From NCBI RefSeq assembly GCF_000143415.4, contig NW_003314261.1:4566691-4630690 (forward strand): a stretch of 64,000 bases of DNA, written 5' to 3'. The position numbers and the translations under genes were made by a program. Positions 60,906 through 64,000 of the stretch are shown piece by piece (positions within the stretch are counted from its first letter, which is position 1; every line of letters starts with the position of its first letter). The stretch is from Selaginella moellendorffii. Lineage: Eukaryota > Plantae > Lycopodiophyta. Under the pieces are notes generated by a model, which ran no database searches, was not told the DNA's origin, and saw only the letters and a program-made list of their open reading frames with translations.

Positions 60906-63900
60906 TGTGAGAAAAAGAAAAACCAATCCAAGCAAAATGGAATCAAGATCACTTGCTGCCTAGCACAATTTCCCTCTATAGCTCTTAGCATGTGGATGAT
61001 ATTGAGATAAAATCTCCAAAGCCCTTATCACCATGATCTAGGGTCAAGATCACTTTTGGTCAGAAGTGGAATTAAGATTAGTACCCCCGTGTTTAATTCC
61101 ATGCTCTTACAAGAAGTGTTTTGTGTCAAGCATTAGCTTTGACCACATGGTCAATATCGGTCAAAGGGAGGCTCAAGTTAACCAGGTAGCTTGGGGGTGG
61201 TTAGGTGGTGAGGAACCTCAAGAGGTGGTAGAGAAACTAGATTTTTGTCTTTTCTTGCGCTGGTTATAACATTGGTATTAGAAGAGTTGGTTATGATGGC
61301 TGACCAAGTTGAACACTAGAATCTTATTGTCAATAGTGGTGCCGATGATGATGCCGACAGAGCTGTGGAGGTTTGGACCATTCAAGATGTTATTCATGAG
61401 CTACGAGCCCTTAATCAAAATCAGCAAGAGATGCTAGACGAGATGTATGGCATGATAGATACCATGCATGAGTGTGTTGAGGCACTCAAGGTTATGCGTG
61501 GTGGCACTCCAAGTAAGCCTCTTTGGTAGATCGACTCAAAATTCCAACCTTTTCTAATGATGGTGGTGTGGACGAGTGTCTTGCTTGGCTAGCCAATGGG
61601 AAGAAGTTTTTTGCTGCTAAAGGAACTCCAGGTGCAGAGGATTTAATGGCCATTCTAATGGTTTTGTGTGATATAGGTATGCAGTGGTGGAATTAGCTTG
61701 AGGAGTCTTGTGTTGCGGATAAGAAACCACTAGTGTCTACTATGGATGAGTTTGAGGCTACTTTTCATTTACATTTTGCCCCTCATTACGATATAGAAAA
61801 TGCTTGCATAGAACTTTGACATTTTCAGTAAGGGAAAATGACACTCATGGACTATATTGAGAAGCTTACTTGCTTGATTAGCCGTGTTCCAACAAAGGAT
61901 TTAAATTAGAACAAATCTTACTTTATTGATGGCCTTTATAGTGAGAGCATGTGGCAACACTTGTGTTATTCTTAGCTTATAAAGAGTTTGGAGGAGCTCT
62001 TTGATGTGGCTCATCAACTTGATAATGATAAACACAAATCTCGCAAGCATTCAAGGAGTCCTCTTATCGAGAATTGTCTCAATGATCGCCATGGACACAA
62101 GGATGGGAATAAATACCACAAGTTGAAGTTTGTGGTGGCAACTTCAATGCAAAAGGTCAAAAAATCAAAAGTTCTTTGTGAAGAATTATAAACATGGTTA
62201 TCATTATTGTGGCAAGTTCAGACACTACAAAGTTGATTGTCCACAGCTGAAGAATAAGCAACAGGGCAAGAAGAATGGCCAATCTTCTACTGATGGTAAG
62301 TCAAATACTAAAAAATTGTAGCATGAGGATGATGGGAATGATCATTCCAGTCGGAGGAAGAGGCTTTTGATCATTGCTTGTCAACTCAATTGTGTGTGAA
62401 ACAAGATAGAGCTAAAAGACACGCATGAATCAGCTTTAATATTGGAGGGCGTATTTTGTGGCAATCCAGTGCAGATTTTATTGGATAATGGGAGTGATGA
62501 TAACTTTATTTCGGCAAAGTTTGTTGCGGAGCATAGCCTAGTGACATGAGGAGTTCTTCCATACACGGTGGAAGGTGCAATTACTTCTACTCAGTATTTT
62601 AATGCTTGTGTAGAGGGGTTAGAAGTGTTGGTTGGCAAAACCACATTTGTGGAGAGTTTTTATCTTGTGGATATCTATCGTATGGATTTCATTATGGGGA
62701 TGCCATAGTTAGTGAAGGTGGATCTAGAGATAAAGTGAAGTATTAAATATGTCTTGCTAGAGTACAATGGCGTTTAAAGATGTGTGATTTAGAAAGAGAG
62801 TTTAACTTCCAATTGTTATATTCTCCACTATATCTTTGAAGCAAGTTTGTTATAATGAAAAAGCACTTTCGAGTTATTTGTTGTTTGTTCATGACTTAGG
62901 GGACCAAGGTATGTATGGGGGAGAAGCAGCAGTATGGGATATACTTGATAAATTTTCTGATGTTTTTTCATCTAAATTTCCTCATGGGTTGCCTCCATTA
63001 CGAGGTGTGGAGAATAGGATTGCATTGGAGCCGGAGATACAACCAATTTACCAGAATTTATTTTGGTTAAATTATATGGAGGAGTAAAAAGTTTAACGAT
63101 AAGTCAAAGAGTTATTTGAATTTGAATTTATTCAGCCAAGTAAGTCTCTATTTAGTGCTTCGGTCTGGCTTGTGAAGAAGAAGGACAATTCAATATGGAT
63201 GTGTATTAACTACTGTGCCTTAAACAAAAAGACAGTGAATGATAAGATGCTGACACCGTGTGTGGATAATATTTTAGATAAGCTTAGTGAAGCATAAGTG
63301 TTTACCAGGATTGATATGAGGAGTGGATATCATCAGATTGCCATAGATGATGCATCTATCTCCAAGACAACATTCAATATGACCTTTGAGTATTTTGAGT
63401 TTATAGTTATACCATTTGGTTTGACAAATGCACTAGTCACATTTACTTTGTTAATGACAAAGGTATTTAGGCATTATCTTCATAAGTTTATGGAGATTTT
63501 TTTAGATAATATTCTTGTTTTTATTAAGAATATAGAGGAGCCTAAGGTGCATTTATGCAATGTTTTTTTGTTATTATATGACAGCACACTTTATGCAAAG
63601 AAAGAAAATATGAGTTTGCAAAGTCGAAGGTGGAATATTTTGGCCATATTGTGACATCTAAGGGTGTCAAGATGGATCCCAAGAAGGTGGCTGTGGTGGA
63701 GAACTGGCCTACACTGACTTCAATGGCTGAGTTACGCAACTTCCTTGGTATCATTAGTTATTACTGACGTTTTCAGTATAATTTTGTAGAGGTGGCTATT
63801 CTTTTGACACCATTGTTGCGTAAGAACGTGCTATTCAAGTGGAAGAAGCCACAAGAGGAGAGTTTTGTGGCATTGAAACGGTTAATAGGCGAGGCTCCAA

Positions 63901-64000
63901 TGCTTCGCATTCATGATTTATCAAAACTTTGCAAGGTGATATGTGATATGAGTGGTTATACACTGGGAGGAGTTCTCATACAAGAGGGACACCCTTTTGC
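60906..64000 (+). mobile_element. Heavily decayed Ty3/gypsy element running off the window
   Basis: Possible LTR 60906-61271 (TG...CA), PBS-like TGGTATTAGA at 61273, gag knuckle YCGKFRHYKVDCP, protease LLDNGS, RT FTRIDMRSGYHQI and FLDNIL; many stops. Confidence 0.85.

Noticed and set aside
1-64000. tRNA, rRNA or CRISPR arrays
   Set aside because: None recognised; only tRNA-complementary primer binding sites of retroelements.

Overview
Compact, gene-dense plant nuclear DNA with very short (about 45-80 bp) introns and many PLS-class PPR genes, most consistent with a lycophyte such as Selaginella (inference). The left arm (1-26 kb) carries MKK3, an FPA-like RRM/SPOC gene, a Rubisco-LSMT-like SET gene head-to-head with the MOC1 resolvase, a PSKR/EMS1-type LRR receptor kinase and a near-identical kinase-less LRR copy, a mitochondrial carrier, nsLTP, DHAR and PPR genes, with collages of fragments of these same genes in between. 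The middle (29.4-45.6 kb) is a retrotransposon nest: a Ty1/copia element is interrupted by a chromodomain Ty3/gypsy element, whose 5' LTR is itself interrupted by a related deleted element (TSD GAAGC). The most unusual observation is that this gypsy integrase is split by two clean, host-sized GT-AG introns inside conserved motifs (HPQT^DGQTE and KLTQ^RFAGPY), so only a spliced RNA could encode an active integrase plus chromodomain. The right arm carries a PPR gene, an EG45/DPBB secreted protein, a BAHD acyltransferase, a PATROL1/unc-13 homologue, a stand-alone polyphenol-oxidase C-terminal domain, an AT-rich secreted bulb-lectin fusion next to a long inverted repeat, and a decayed gypsy element. 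Exon boundaries and element edges were read by eye and are approximate unless stated.
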